Of a stretch of 42,977 nucleotides of DNA, positions 9,143 through 17,981 are shown piece after piece (position 1 is the first letter of the stretch; each line of letters opens with the position of its first letter). Location: assembly GCA_041640075.1 (NCBI GenBank), contig JBEQAY010000005.1:1-42977 (forward strand), read 5' to 3'. Made by a program: the position numbers and the translations under genes. The stretch is from Candidatus Nanohaloarchaea archaeon. Its GTDB lineage: Archaea; Nanohalarchaeota; Nanosalinia; Nanosalinales; Nanosalinaceae. The notes below the pieces were generated by a model. The model was not told the DNA's origin and made no database searches. It saw only the letters and a program-made list of their open reading frames with translations.

Positions 9143-9990
9143 ATCCTGAGTATAGAGATAAGGCTGAGGCAATAGTCGAGGTTTTGAATGGGTCAGCCAA
9201 GAAGCTTGAAGAATACGATACCTCCGGATACGAAACTAAAGACGGTAAAGGCGGCATAGACCTAGTTACACAGGCAGATAAGGATGTTCAAGAATATATC
9301 ATCAATTTTTTCCAGGAAGAGTTTCCTGAAACCGGTATAATTGCTGAAGAAGATCATGGAGTAGAGGAAAAAGATAGAAACTTCATCATCGACCCTATCG
9401 ATGGTACGACAAACTACTCAGCAGGAAGAGATTATTTCTGCACGTCAATAGCGTATCAGGAAGACGGAGAGGTAGTCGTGGGAGGAATAGCATCTCCTAG
9501 ATTTGAGGGCGGAATGATCTCCCTTGGAATAAAAGATGAAGGCGCTTGGTTTGAGACCGAATACAGTTTCGACAAGACCTTAGAACAGATAACAGATTCA
9601 GAGAGAATGAAGGCCACATCAGACCGAGAATCATTAGAAGAGTCTCTCGGAATGGTAGAGGCCTCGTCAGTCGAAGATATAGAGGATAATATGAGTGAAA
9701 TGAGGAAGCATATCGATGCAAGCTATGTTCAGCCAGGCTCAGCAGCTCTGGAACTTGTAGAGATAGCAAGAGGCAACATAGATTTTAGAATAGATACAAT
9801 AGATATCTGGGACTACGCAGCAGGACATCTAATTGTTGAAGAGGCGGGGGGCAAAACATTATCTAGAACCTACCATTCTAAATCAATCGAAAGAGATCTA
9901 AATTTCACAGTAGCAGCAGGAAAAGAAGTTATGGAGAAAATAAAACCAGTAATACAAAATTCTGAATTTATAGAAGGTGGGGATAGATGA
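9139..9990 (+). CDS. Inositol monophosphatase family protein
   Basis: DLVTQAD, AEE, IIDPIDGTTNY, GSAAL and WDYAAG motifs are intact. TTG start in a TTGA overlap. Confidence 0.93.
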   Translation: MNPEYRDKAEAIVEVLNGSAKKLEEYDTSGYETKDGKGGIDLVTQADKDVQEYIINFFQEEFPETGIIAEEDHGVEEKDRNFIIDPIDGTTNYSAGRDYFCTSIAYQEDGEVVVGGIASPRFEGGMISLGIKDEGAWFETEYSFDKTLEQITDSERMKATSDRESLEESLGMVEASSVEDIEDNMSEMRKHIDASYVQPGSAALELVEIARGNIDFRIDTIDIWDYAAGHLIVEEAGGKTLSRTYHSKSIERDLNFTVAAGKEVMEKIKPVIQNSEFIEGGDR

Positions 9991-10478
9991 AGATAGGTGT
10001 TGATTTCGACCGCGTGCTTTTTGATACTGATAGTTTCAATGAATACCTGAAGGATGAAACAGGTCTTCACCATGTCGAAGAGGATGTCTACGATGAATAC
10101 GGGTGTTACTCACCGGAGAAACATGCTGAAGCTTGTGATATAGACGTGGAAAAAATTTATGCCACCATGAATAATCTGAATCAGTTTCTTTACAGCGACC
10201 TTGACAGTTTAAGAAGTCTAAAGCCAGAGCACGAGCTTGTGATAGTTACAAGAGGTGAAGAAAAGTTCCAGAGGGAAAAGGTCAGGAACTCCGGTGCTCA
10301 GAGGCTTTTTGACCAGCTCCTGATTGTTCAGGGTGCGACCAAGGATGTCGGCGATATTGATTTCCTCGTAGATGACAGGAAGAAGGAGATTAAAAAGGCG
10401 AACGTGCCTGGAATGGTGTTTGACAGAGAGAAACATGATATAGATAATCTCATTGAGAGGATACGTGATCTGGAATGA
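9987..10478 (+). CDS. HAD-superfamily phosphatase (small)
   Basis: GVDFDRVLFD (DxD), VTRG, and LVDD motif IV. Confidence 0.75.
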   Translation: MKIGVDFDRVLFDTDSFNEYLKDETGLHHVEEDVYDEYGCYSPEKHAEACDIDVEKIYATMNNLNQFLYSDLDSLRSLKPEHELVIVTRGEEKFQREKVRNSGAQRLFDQLLIVQGATKDVGDIDFLVDDRKKEIKKANVPGMVFDREKHDIDNLIERIRDLE

Positions 10479-11788
10479 AACCTGAGAAAGTTTTCAAGAG
10501 ATACGACATTAGAGGAAAATACCCTGAGGAACTGGATGAGGAGTTCGCCGAGAGACTTGGAAAAGCTCTTGCAGCTTTTACACGCGAAAACTTCTCTAAA
10601 CGTATAGTGGTATGCAGAGACAACAAGGAGAGCTCCGCAAAGCTAAAGGAGAGTCTTATCCAGGGACTGAAGTCCTCGGGGATGAAGATACTTGACATCG
10701 GGGAAGGACCCACTGATTACGCTGCCTACCTCGGGAAAAAGCATGGCTGCGTCTCGGTACAGGTCACCTCATCTCACATGCCGCTGAGCTTCAACGGCTT
10801 CAAGTTCATGTATCCTGAAGGAAACGGATTCGTCAATGAGGACCTGAACCAGGTGAAGGAGAACTTCAGAAAGGAGAGATTCGTGAGAGGGGATGGAGAG
10901 GTCGACAGGATAGAGTCAACGTCCAGGAGAAAATACAAGGATGAGCTTAAGATGACAGCGACACGGAACAGCTCTGCAAAGATCGAAAGGAAGATAGTGG
11001 TCGATACCATGGGTGGTGCAACACGTGAAGTCCTGCCAGATCTTCTTGACAACCTTGGAGCGACTGTGGTGGATCTTGCGGATGAAAAAGATGAGGAGAT
11101 GCCATACCGTGATCCTCCAAATCCAAAGCCAGAACTACTTGACGAACTTGTGGAGAAGGTTGAAGAGGTGGAAGCAGATCTTGGACTTGCCACTGATATG
11201 GATGGTGATCGTGTAACAGTTTACTACGATGGCGAGTTTCTGTCCGGTGACGAAGTCTTCTGCATCATCGGACAGCTTGTGGGCGGCGACTCGGTTGCCT
11301 CAATTGATACCTCAAAGGCTCTCGAGGACCTCATGGAGGAAAGTGACGGCAGAGTATTCTACACGCGTGTCGGCGACCCTTTCGTCATGGATAAAGCTCT
11401 TGAGGAAAACGTGAATTTTGCAGGAGAGCCTAACGGACATTACTCTGTTCTCAACTTTGTGCCGTACAACTCCGGTACCCTGACGGCTCTGATGGTTGCA
11501 GGAACCGATATAGATCAGAAGCTGGAGCAGATGCCTTTTTACAGCGTCCAGCGCGACAGCCTGGAGGTCAAAGACAAGGAAAGAGTCATGGATGCACTGC
11601 GTGAAGGCCTCGAGGAAGAAGACATAATCTCGGAGAAGGATGGCGTGAAGGCGAAGTTTGGGCACGCAGAGGTTCTGATGCGGCCTTCAGGTTCATCTCA
11701 GAAGATAAGGGTGATCTCGGAAGCCCAGAATGAGGAAACGGCTGGGGCTGGTCTTGAGGAAGCTAAGGAACTGATCCGGAACTCATAA
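10475..11788 (+). CDS. Phosphohexomutase (PGM/PMM/GlmM family)
   Basis: FKRYDIRG, TSSHMP phosphoserine loop, DMDGDR metal loop, GEPNG and RPSGS. Confidence 0.93.
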   Translation: MKPEKVFKRYDIRGKYPEELDEEFAERLGKALAAFTRENFSKRIVVCRDNKESSAKLKESLIQGLKSSGMKILDIGEGPTDYAAYLGKKHGCVSVQVTSSHMPLSFNGFKFMYPEGNGFVNEDLNQVKENFRKERFVRGDGEVDRIESTSRRKYKDELKMTATRNSSAKIERKIVVDTMGGATREVLPDLLDNLGATVVDLADEKDEEMPYRDPPNPKPELLDELVEKVEEVEADLGLATDMDGDRVTVYYDGEFLSGDEVFCIIGQLVGGDSVASIDTSKALEDLMEESDGRVFYTRVGDPFVMDKALEENVNFAGEPNGHYSVLNFVPYNSGTLTALMVAGTDIDQKLEQMPFYSVQRDSLEVKDKERVMDALREGLEEEDIISEKDGVKAKFGHAEVLMRPSGSSQKIRVISEAQNEETAGAGLEEAKELIRNS

Positions 11789-11813
11789 AACCCTCTAACC
11801 TTCTAACTTTTCC

Positions 11814-12029
11814 ATGTCAGAACTTGTATACGAATTCGAAGACGGACCGTACGACATCCTGAAATACTCTGTAAAGATGGAGGACGGGAAAGCCGTTATC
11901 GAGCTTAACGAAAACGATCTAGGTAGATTAACTATTGAAAGTGTTGAAGCTGTTGAAGAGCTACGGAGCGCGCTTGACAGAGTTGAAGAAGAGCTTGAAG
12001 AGGTCAAAAGACGGCAGGAAGAACTCTAG
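11814..12029 (+). CDS. Small acidic hypothetical protein with C-terminal coiled coil
   Basis: 71 aa ORF with typical acidic composition filling the gap between genes. Confidence 0.6.
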   Translation: MSELVYEFEDGPYDILKYSVKMEDGKAVIELNENDLGRLTIESVEAVEELRSALDRVEEELEEVKRRQEEL

Positions 12030-12087
12030 TTTTAAGGAAAAATGAATAAAAGGGAAAGAGGAAGAAATTTTTATTAAGCGAGAGACT

Positions 12088-12255
12088 TTAAACGTCTCTT
12101 GCTTTTACGGTCTTGCGTCCGTTTTCCTGAGCTCTTTCTACTGCTCTCTCGACTAGGTCCTTTACTTCGTCGTCTAGAGCATCGTAGAAATCGGAACCAA
12201 CGTTGACTCCGTCTGCAGCGTCACGAACGCCTGACTTCTTAAGTACATCTACCAT
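12088..12255 (-). CDS. Short histone-fold protein (55 aa, DUF1931-like / non-nucleosomal type)
   Basis: MVDVLKKSGVRDAADGVNVGSDFYDALDDEV...RAQENGRKTVKARDV has the RKTV..RD histone signature. GGAGG lies upstream of ATG 12255. Confidence 0.85.
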   Translation of the reverse strand: MVDVLKKSGVRDAADGVNVGSDFYDALDDEVKDLVERAVERAQENGRKTVKARDV

Positions 12256-12400
12256 TGTGAAATCCTCCAATAAGGTATTGTCGAGCCTCTTTTTTATAGG
12301 TAGGGGGGTTAAAGCCTGAAAACCGATTCATTCAGGTCTGTGAAACCAGTTTAGTCTTCAGAAAAACTGTAGGATTTAAAAAGTAGAAAGAAGAAAGTTT

Positions 12401-13084
12401 TTAGCTGAAGTCAGAAATTCTCTCCACTCTGCCCTGTATCTCCGGGTTCTCGTCTCTGATCTTTCCGGGATCCTCGGTTCCATTCACGTTAACAATATGA
12501 ACTTCGCCACGGGAACCAGAGTAGACATCCTGGAAATCATACACAACTCCGATTACATCTACGTCTTCAGGTATTTCATCCGATTCGACCAAGAAGTCAA
12601 CCTCCCTGTCAACGTTGTACTCAACGAGATGGTTGACTGCCTCAGACTCAGTCAAATCTTCTGGTAGCTGCTCTGCGCCCTCTTCGATCCTCTCCTCCAG
12701 AAGATCTATACAGTGCCTGATACCTGAGGGCTCGTTAAGATGCTCTGAAATATCCTTGTAGGTTGCAGTTACTGCACCACAGCCTGTATGCCCTACAACG
12801 ACAACAGTCTTTGTTCCCGTATGCCTGACAGGGTAAAGAACGTCACCTGAAACTTTTTTACCGTCTACAGTGCTCTGAAAGACTCTGTTTCCGATGTTGC
12901 TGCAGGTGAAAACTTTTCCCGGGTGTTCATTACCCCACATGTGATCCTGTAGCACTCGTGAATCCGAACAGCAGACTGTAACAAAATCAGGCTCCTGCGA
13001 GTCCTGAACTTCATCAAACCGGTTCTGGAAGATTTTAGCGTGTTCAAGATTAGATCTCAAAAGTTCAACAGTTTCATCCTTCAT
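12401..13084 (-). CDS. Beta-class carbonic anhydrase
   Basis: CSDSR and HTGC zinc ligands plus NIGN. ATG 13084 is preferred over GTG 13093. Confidence 0.92.
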   Translation of the reverse strand: MKDETVELLRSNLEHAKIFQNRFDEVQDSQEPDFVTVCCSDSRVLQDHMWGNEHPGKVFTCSNIGNRVFQSTVDGKKVSGDVLYPVRHTGTKTVVVVGHTGCGAVTATYKDISEHLNEPSGIRHCIDLLEERIEEGAEQLPEDLTESEAVNHLVEYNVDREVDFLVESDEIPEDVDVIGVVYDFQDVYSGSRGEVHIVNVNGTEDPGKIRDENPEIQGRVERISDFS

Positions 13085-13250
13085 TTCTATCACTCTGAAA
13101 AACTTTTGAACAACACTCTCCGAACCGATTTTAAACTATTCCTGCTCGAAGAATTATCGCAGGTATTTTAACTTTACGATACCACTTGCAATAATACATC
13201 AAAGCTATCCTATTCAAGCAAAAATACACTTTCCAAGTATGTGAATCTAA

Positions 13251-13703
13251 ATGGCATCATGTGAACTCTGTGGAAAAGACACCGATTCTTTGAAAAAGGC
13301 AAAAATCGAAGGAGCAACCCTGAAGGTCTGTGATTCCTGTGCAGACATGGGAGAAACCGTCGAAACAGGCGGTAAAAAGACAAGGAAAAAGAAGAAAAAG
13401 AAATCACGCACCAGAAAGAAGAAAACGAAAACACTTGACCCCAACTACGGAGACAAGGTAAAACAAGCACGTGAAGGGGAAAAACTCTCTATAACCGAAG
13501 TTGCAGACGATCTCAACGAAAAAGAGTCTGTCATCAAAAAAGTAGAAGGAGAGGAGCTGAAGCCTGATCGTTCCCTGGCTTCAAAACTCTCCAAAAAATT
13601 CGGGATCGACCTCTACACGAATCCAGACGTTGCAGACGTAGATACCGACTCCGGAGACACAAGGAAAGCAACATTAGGCGACGTGGCAGAAGTAAAAGAC
13701 TAA
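13251..13703 (+). CDS. mbf1: Archaeal multiprotein bridging factor 1 (Zn ribbon plus HTH)
   Basis: CELCG...IEGA.L.VCDSC zinc ribbon, basic linker, Cro-type HTH, and C-terminal TLGD. Confidence 0.92.
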   Translation: MASCELCGKDTDSLKKAKIEGATLKVCDSCADMGETVETGGKKTRKKKKKKSRTRKKKTKTLDPNYGDKVKQAREGEKLSITEVADDLNEKESVIKKVEGEELKPDRSLASKLSKKFGIDLYTNPDVADVDTDSGDTRKATLGDVAEVKD

Positions 13704-13733
13704 ACGTCCTTAATCCCCAGTTTTTAGTTTTTT
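13704..13733 (+). terminator. T-rich archaeal-type terminator between convergent mbf1 and ROK genes
   Basis: GTTTTTAGTTTTTTC tract after the mbf1 stop. Confidence 0.4.
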
Positions 13734-14624
13734 CTATTTATCTGAAGTATATTTCTCGTTGCAGACCGCACGTAGACCATGTAAAACTGCTTTTTCTCTC
13801 AAGTCACAGAGTGTGATTTCAGGTCTAATGTTAACCGAATTTTCCTCTACCTGTTCTTCAAGGGGGTCAAGCATAAGCTCCGGATGATTTAAAGGCAGTG
13901 CACCACCTAAAACTATTTTCTCTGGATTATATAGATCTGCAATGTTACCTAACCCATGGCCATTGATCTCGTGCATCTTGGCTATAGTTTTCTCAGCCTT
14001 GGAATTTTTGTTATTATATTCGTCAAAGATTTCTCTAGAGTTTTTGAAATCTGCATTGAATAGCTTTTCAGCCATCTGAGGCATGTTTTCTCCGGAACAG
14101 TATGCCTCCCAGTGTCCTATTCCTCCACATCCGCATTCAAGCTGCTCTCCGATTTTCATATGTCCTACCTCTCCAAAGTTACCATCTGTGCCCTCCACAA
14201 GTTCGCCATTGATTATTACACCTGCCCCGATACCTGAGCTTATTGTCACGTAGACGAGGTTCTCTACATCATGGTCACCATAGTGATACTCCCCCAGTGC
14301 TGCGGCAGCACAGTCGTTCACTATCTGAAGTTTTCCGGTGAAATCAAGAAGCTCACCAAGGTCTATTTCATCCATTCCAGACTCTTCAGAGATGTTTGGT
14401 GGATAGAAAATCTTTTCCTCTCTATCTATAGGTCCTGCTGCAGCTACAGCAACATCTTCAATATCCTCTTGGGTATAATCAAGATCCTCGATAGCTTGAT
14501 CCAGTGCAGCATCGATATCACTTAGGAAGCGTTCGGATCTCATCTTCTCAACGACCTGAAAATCACCGTTTCCAACACCGAAGAGGGTATTCGTACCACC
14601 TATATCGACACAGAGAAAAGCCAT
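13734..14624 (-). CDS. ROK-family sugar kinase (glucokinase-like)
   Basis: VDIGGT, NDC..AALGE, SSGIGAG, GEVGH and CGCG..GHWEAYCSG. Confidence 0.93.
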   Translation of the reverse strand: MAFLCVDIGGTNTLFGVGNGDFQVVEKMRSERFLSDIDAALDQAIEDLDYTQEDIEDVAVAAAGPIDREEKIFYPPNISEESGMDEIDLGELLDFTGKLQIVNDCAAAALGEYHYGDHDVENLVYVTISSGIGAGVIINGELVEGTDGNFGEVGHMKIGEQLECGCGGIGHWEAYCSGENMPQMAEKLFNADFKNSREIFDEYNNKNSKAEKTIAKMHEINGHGLGNIADLYNPEKIVLGGALPLNHPELMLDPLEEQVEENSVNIRPEITLCDLREKAVLHGLRAVCNEKYTSDK

Positions 14625-14686
14625 AATACATCGTAATACTTTTCATTAATTAATCTTTCTGCCATGCGGAAAAGAGTTTGAAGCTA

Positions 14687-15430
14687 CTAGTCAAGTTTTG
14701 AGGTCATCCTGTCCCAGTAGAGCCCTACCAGAAGCAGTGAAAGAAATGTCATCGCTGCGAAGTACGAGGACGTGGCGAAGTAATTTCCTTCTGTCAGCAG
14801 CATGCCGAACTCATCCATGAAAATCCCGAGACCTGTACCGTAAAGTCCGCCTGCGTAGTACCTGGATATGTTTTCCCTGAAAAGCAGTATCCATCCAGCC
14901 AGGATCAACGCCATGAAACCAAAGAAAAAGTGATGTACGTGATAACCTGAGATCCATACCTCGTTAATAGGTAAGAACCCTGCCATACCAGAAGTTTCAG
15001 GGCCTACTATACCTGAAAGAATAACTGCAACTCTTGCAACCAGAAAAGACAGGAAAAAAGTAGATAAAACAACCATCCGCAGCCTTGCAGTCTCAGAATA
15101 CGACGAAACATCCTCCAAGACACCCAGATACACATCTATCAAAAAGTGAAGTATCAAACTTAGCGAAAGCAGTGTGAAACCAGCTATCAAGCTGAAAAGC
15201 TGTTCACCGACAACCAGAGCGTCCATAAAAACCTGTGAATACTCTCCCAGTACAGCAGAGTAAAACGCCGCCGGAAAACGAGGAAAAAGCAGTGCAGAAA
15301 AAGTAGCGGAGAAACCAATTACAATACCGAGCGTGGATATACTTCTAAACAACTCCAGTTCAGACCTGCCAACACCTACACCAGAGAAAAAATCCTCCAA
15401 TACAGATGTCAACCGATCCAGCAACTCCAT
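14687..15430 (-). CDS. Multi-pass membrane protein of unknown function with HxHH...DE motif
   Basis: About 6-7 hydrophobic segments; YHVHHFFFG and GIFMDEF. Confidence 0.7.
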   Translation of the reverse strand: MELLDRLTSVLEDFFSGVGVGRSELELFRSISTLGIVIGFSATFSALLFPRFPAAFYSAVLGEYSQVFMDALVVGEQLFSLIAGFTLLSLSLILHFLIDVYLGVLEDVSSYSETARLRMVVLSTFFLSFLVARVAVILSGIVGPETSGMAGFLPINEVWISGYHVHHFFFGFMALILAGWILLFRENISRYYAGGLYGTGLGIFMDEFGMLLTEGNYFATSSYFAAMTFLSLLLVGLYWDRMTSKLD

Positions 15431-15547
15431 ACACCAAAATTTTCACGTAAATTTTAAGCAATCTCTGCAAGATGATAGAAAATTAGAGAAAAGATATGTA
15501 GGGTTTATTTTGAACCCTTCGGCGCGTATCGATTGAGCAAGACCAAT

Positions 15548-15635
15548 CGCCGGGGCCGGGATTTGAACCCGGGAGGGCGGTGAAGCCCAGTAGCTTAGCA
15601 AGCTACCGCGATAAACCATACTCTGCCACCCCGAC
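15548..15635 (-). tRNA. tRNA-Ser (anticodon GCT), no intron, CCA not encoded
   Basis: The reverse complement GTCGGGGTGGCAGAGTATGGTTTATCGCGGTAGCTTGCTAAGCTACTGGGCTTCACCGCCCTCCCGGGTTCAAATCCCGGCCCCGGCG folds into a cloverleaf. It has a GTAGC/GCTAC anticodon stem, a long variable arm, a GTTCAAATC T-loop and discriminator G. Confidence 0.96.
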
Positions 15636-15643
15636 ATGTGTTT

Positions 15644-16051
15644 TTACAGGTGTTTAAACTGTGTAAAGGTTAGCGCCATCTTGTTGGTGATAGTCTTGTA
15701 AAATATTCTTGTTGTAGGTGTGGATTCATGGTGAACTTCTTTCAAAACGTCTTCGTGCTTATTTCGGACCGGTTCGTAGAGACTAACAGCTTCTTCCTTG
15801 GTCACTCCTGTTATATCTGTATGTTCTGCGTCCCTGATTTCTCTTGTGATCTGTTCTCTCTTCTCAAGGAATTTTTCCGGCTTCATCTCTCCTGCCAGAT
15901 ATGCCTCTGTTATCTGTTCGAGTTCTTCTAGGTGTTCCTGCCAGGTTTCCTGGTCGATTCTGCCTGCTCTGAGGTGGTCCACAACTATCTTCTGCTCTGT
16001 TCTAAGGTATGAGTGTGTGAACCCTTCCGCAATTTTCTCTTTTAATCGCAT
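15644..16051 (-). CDS. Hypothetical helical protein
   Basis: Open frame with gene-like composition. ATG 16051 (MRLKEK) is the likely start. Confidence 0.55.
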   Translation of the reverse strand: MRLKEKIAEGFTHSYLRTEQKIVVDHLRAGRIDQETWQEHLEELEQITEAYLAGEMKPEKFLEKREQITREIRDAEHTDITGVTKEEAVSLYEPVRNKHEDVLKEVHHESTPTTRIFYKTITNKMALTFTQFKHL

Positions 16052-16167
16052 TTTGAAGCCGCTGTTGAAGATATGGGTAGAAAACAACTTAAAAACCCTG
16101 CGAAACCGGGTTCGGGCAAACTATTTAAGTTTCTGAGAAGCATTTTGGATTATAAAGTGGTAAAATA

Positions 16168-16455
16168 ATGGCTGAAAATATAATGGACTTCTCGGACATA
16201 GTAGATAAAGAGGTTTTCACGGAGAAAGGCGCTTACTGCGGCGAAATCAAGGATGTAGAAATGCAACTTGACAAGTTCGCGGTGAGAGCAGTAGTCGTAG
16301 CTGCAGAGAAAGGAAGCTATCTAGCCGAGAAAGTCGGAGGAGCCAAAAACGTCGTCATCCCGTACAGAATGATCGAATCAATTGACGACATCATCATCAT
16401 GAAGGACTTCCAAACAAGTGAGGCCGAAGAAGCCTCCTCTGCAGAGGAAGCCTGA
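16168..16455 (+). CDS. PRC-barrel domain protein (CdpB-like cell-division candidate)
   Basis: KEVFTEKGAYCGEIKDV...VIPYRMIESIDDIIIM is the PRC-barrel pattern. Confidence 0.85.
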   Translation: MAENIMDFSDIVDKEVFTEKGAYCGEIKDVEMQLDKFAVRAVVVAAEKGSYLAEKVGGAKNVVIPYRMIESIDDIIIMKDFQTSEAEEASSAEEA

Positions 16456-16526
16456 AACTTCTAAATTTTTCTCACGGTTTTCTATCAATCCCGTCATTTA
16501 TTACTTAAGCTGAACTGTTTCTAACC

Positions 16527-16829
16527 ATGGCAGCAGTAAACTCTCTCATAGGCTTCATGTACGAAGTCGTCCAGTCCTCATGGCTGGTCGCCTCAGCAGT
16601 CATGAAGTACTTTGTAGCAGGAGTTATCCTGCGCTCCCTCCAGCTGAAAGATCTAACACTTGAAGGTTTAGACCAGCGTACACGTGAATACGGCAGGTAT
16701 GCAGTCCTTGGTACTGGAGTCCTTGGTCTAGTGGCTACTCTGACAGGTTTTAATGTCCAGCCTTTATTCCTCTTCCCAAGTCAGCTCTTAGCCGTAGGAG
16801 TACTGGGATACCTTTTCTGGAAATACTGA
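16527..16829 (+). CDS. Small membrane protein, hypothetical
   Basis: Three hydrophobic segments; ATG start. Confidence 0.6.
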   Translation: MAAVNSLIGFMYEVVQSSWLVASAVMKYFVAGVILRSLQLKDLTLEGLDQRTREYGRYAVLGTGVLGLVATLTGFNVQPLFLFPSQLLAVGVLGYLFWKY

Positions 16830-16857
16830 ATCAGAAGAAAAATAGACATTTAATTTT

Positions 16858-17184
16858 TTACGAGAGTTTTTCCTCGACGTCCTCATACCATTCCGAGATT
16901 GTCTCTCTGGTGAGTTCCTTTATCTCGTCCCAGGGCAGAGTTGTGTAGACATAGTAAACTGTTTTATCCGTTTTACCTTCTCTCAGAATCAGATCTTTCT
17001 CAAGCATCTCCTGTAGGGCTCTCTGAACTGTTGAACGGCTTCTGTCGACTTCTTCCTTTATCTGTTTGACTGTCATCTGCTGGTCGCGGATTTCCTGGAA
17101 GATTTCCCTCTGAAGATCGTTCAACTGGAAGGCTTCAAACACTATGTCATCGGAATCCTTCCCCTCCAGATCTAGAAGACTCAT
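16858..17184 (-). CDS. Winged-HTH transcriptional regulator (TrmB-like N-terminal type)
   Basis: TVKQIKEEVDRSRSTVQRALQEMLEKDLILRE...YVY. ATG 17184 is the likely start. Confidence 0.8.
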   Translation of the reverse strand: MSLLDLEGKDSDDIVFEAFQLNDLQREIFQEIRDQQMTVKQIKEEVDRSRSTVQRALQEMLEKDLILREGKTDKTVYYVYTTLPWDEIKELTRETISEWYEDVEEKLS

Positions 17185-17222
17185 CAGTAAATAGGAGTTC
17201 AATGTAAACAGTAAAAAATCTT

Positions 17223-17528
17223 TCAGTCACCGGATCCAGGAGTACCTGAACCCTCGATTCTTTCACTGTATTTCTCCAGAGATTTTTCCAGGGCTTCACC
17301 GGCATCGACACCTAGATCTGACGCAACAGCCAGTAAAGAGAAAAGTACGTCACCAATCTCATCCTCCTTCACATCGATTTTATCCTCTTCAAGACCGTAG
17401 TCAGCTGACTTCGCTGCGTCAGACGCTATCTCGCCGACTTCAGCTGTAAGATCCAGAATCCTGAAAGCTGTCGTGCCTTCAAGATCATTTTCCTCAATAA
17501 ATTTCTCAACTTTCTCCTGCTCCTTCAA
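17223..17528 (-). CDS. MazG-like nucleotide pyrophosphohydrolase
   Basis: EVGE...DEIGDVLFSL (ExxE...ExxD). TTG start with GAGGTG upstream. Confidence 0.85.
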   Translation of the reverse strand: MKEQEKVEKFIEENDLEGTTAFRILDLTAEVGEIASDAAKSADYGLEEDKIDVKEDEIGDVLFSLLAVASDLGVDAGEALEKSLEKYSERIEGSGTPGSGD

Positions 17529-17531
17529 CTT

Positions 17532-17936
17532 CTACACCTCTTCAAGCTCTTCTACCATTTCAACTGCGCTTTCAACCGCCTGAGCTGCGTAGTCGATCCT
17601 TTCCTTTGCTTCCTCTGCAGTCATTCCTGGACCTGTTATACCCAGCATAACCGGTTTATCCCTGTCCAGACTTATCTGAGAAAGTTTCTGGGCAGCAGTA
17701 TCACCTATAATCCTGTCGTGGTCAGTATCTCCTTTTATTATTGCACCAAGAACAACTACAGCATCTACACTTTCCTTCCTGGCAAGCCTATCAGCTCCGA
17801 GAGGTGTATCATAAGCACCTGGAACCTCCAGAACATCAAAACCGGCGTCAAGCTCTTCAGCCTTCTTTTCTGCAGACTCAAGCATTTTATCAGTTATACC
17901 GGCGTTGTACTTTGCTTTCACTATGCCTATATTCAT
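17532..17936 (-). CDS. ribH: 6,7-dimethyl-8-ribityllumazine synthase
   Basis: VPGAYDTP, LGAIIKGDTDHD and PVMLGITGPG, an archaeal-type RibH. Confidence 0.93.
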   Translation of the reverse strand: MNIGIVKAKYNAGITDKMLESAEKKAEELDAGFDVLEVPGAYDTPLGADRLARKESVDAVVVLGAIIKGDTDHDRIIGDTAAQKLSQISLDRDKPVMLGITGPGMTAEEAKERIDYAAQAVESAVEMVEELEEV

Positions 17937-17981
17937 ACAAGAAACAAGTTTCTGCGAGTTTTAAGTCAGTAACCGGGAAAT

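Noticed and set aside
13370..13432. A-rich repetitive tract (AAGAAAAAG...)
   Set aside because: Encodes the Lys/Arg linker of MBF1; not a DNA repeat element.
15548..15635. tRNA as a possible integration site of an island or provirus
   Set aside because: I saw no duplicated tRNA 3' end and no integrase in the window.
15443..15637. 64-aa minus-strand ORF
   Set aside because: Overlaps the tRNA-Ser gene, which explains the sequence.
16092..16120. GC-rich possible hairpin or ncRNA in the divergent intergenic region
   Set aside because: Only about 5 bp of pairing (AACCC/GGGTT), which is insufficient support.
17532..17936. Lumazine-synthase capsid as the receptor for the LGY tails
   Set aside because: An attractive analogy to cargo-loading peptides, but ribH is about 15 kb from the nearest tail-bearing gene and nothing in the sequence links them.
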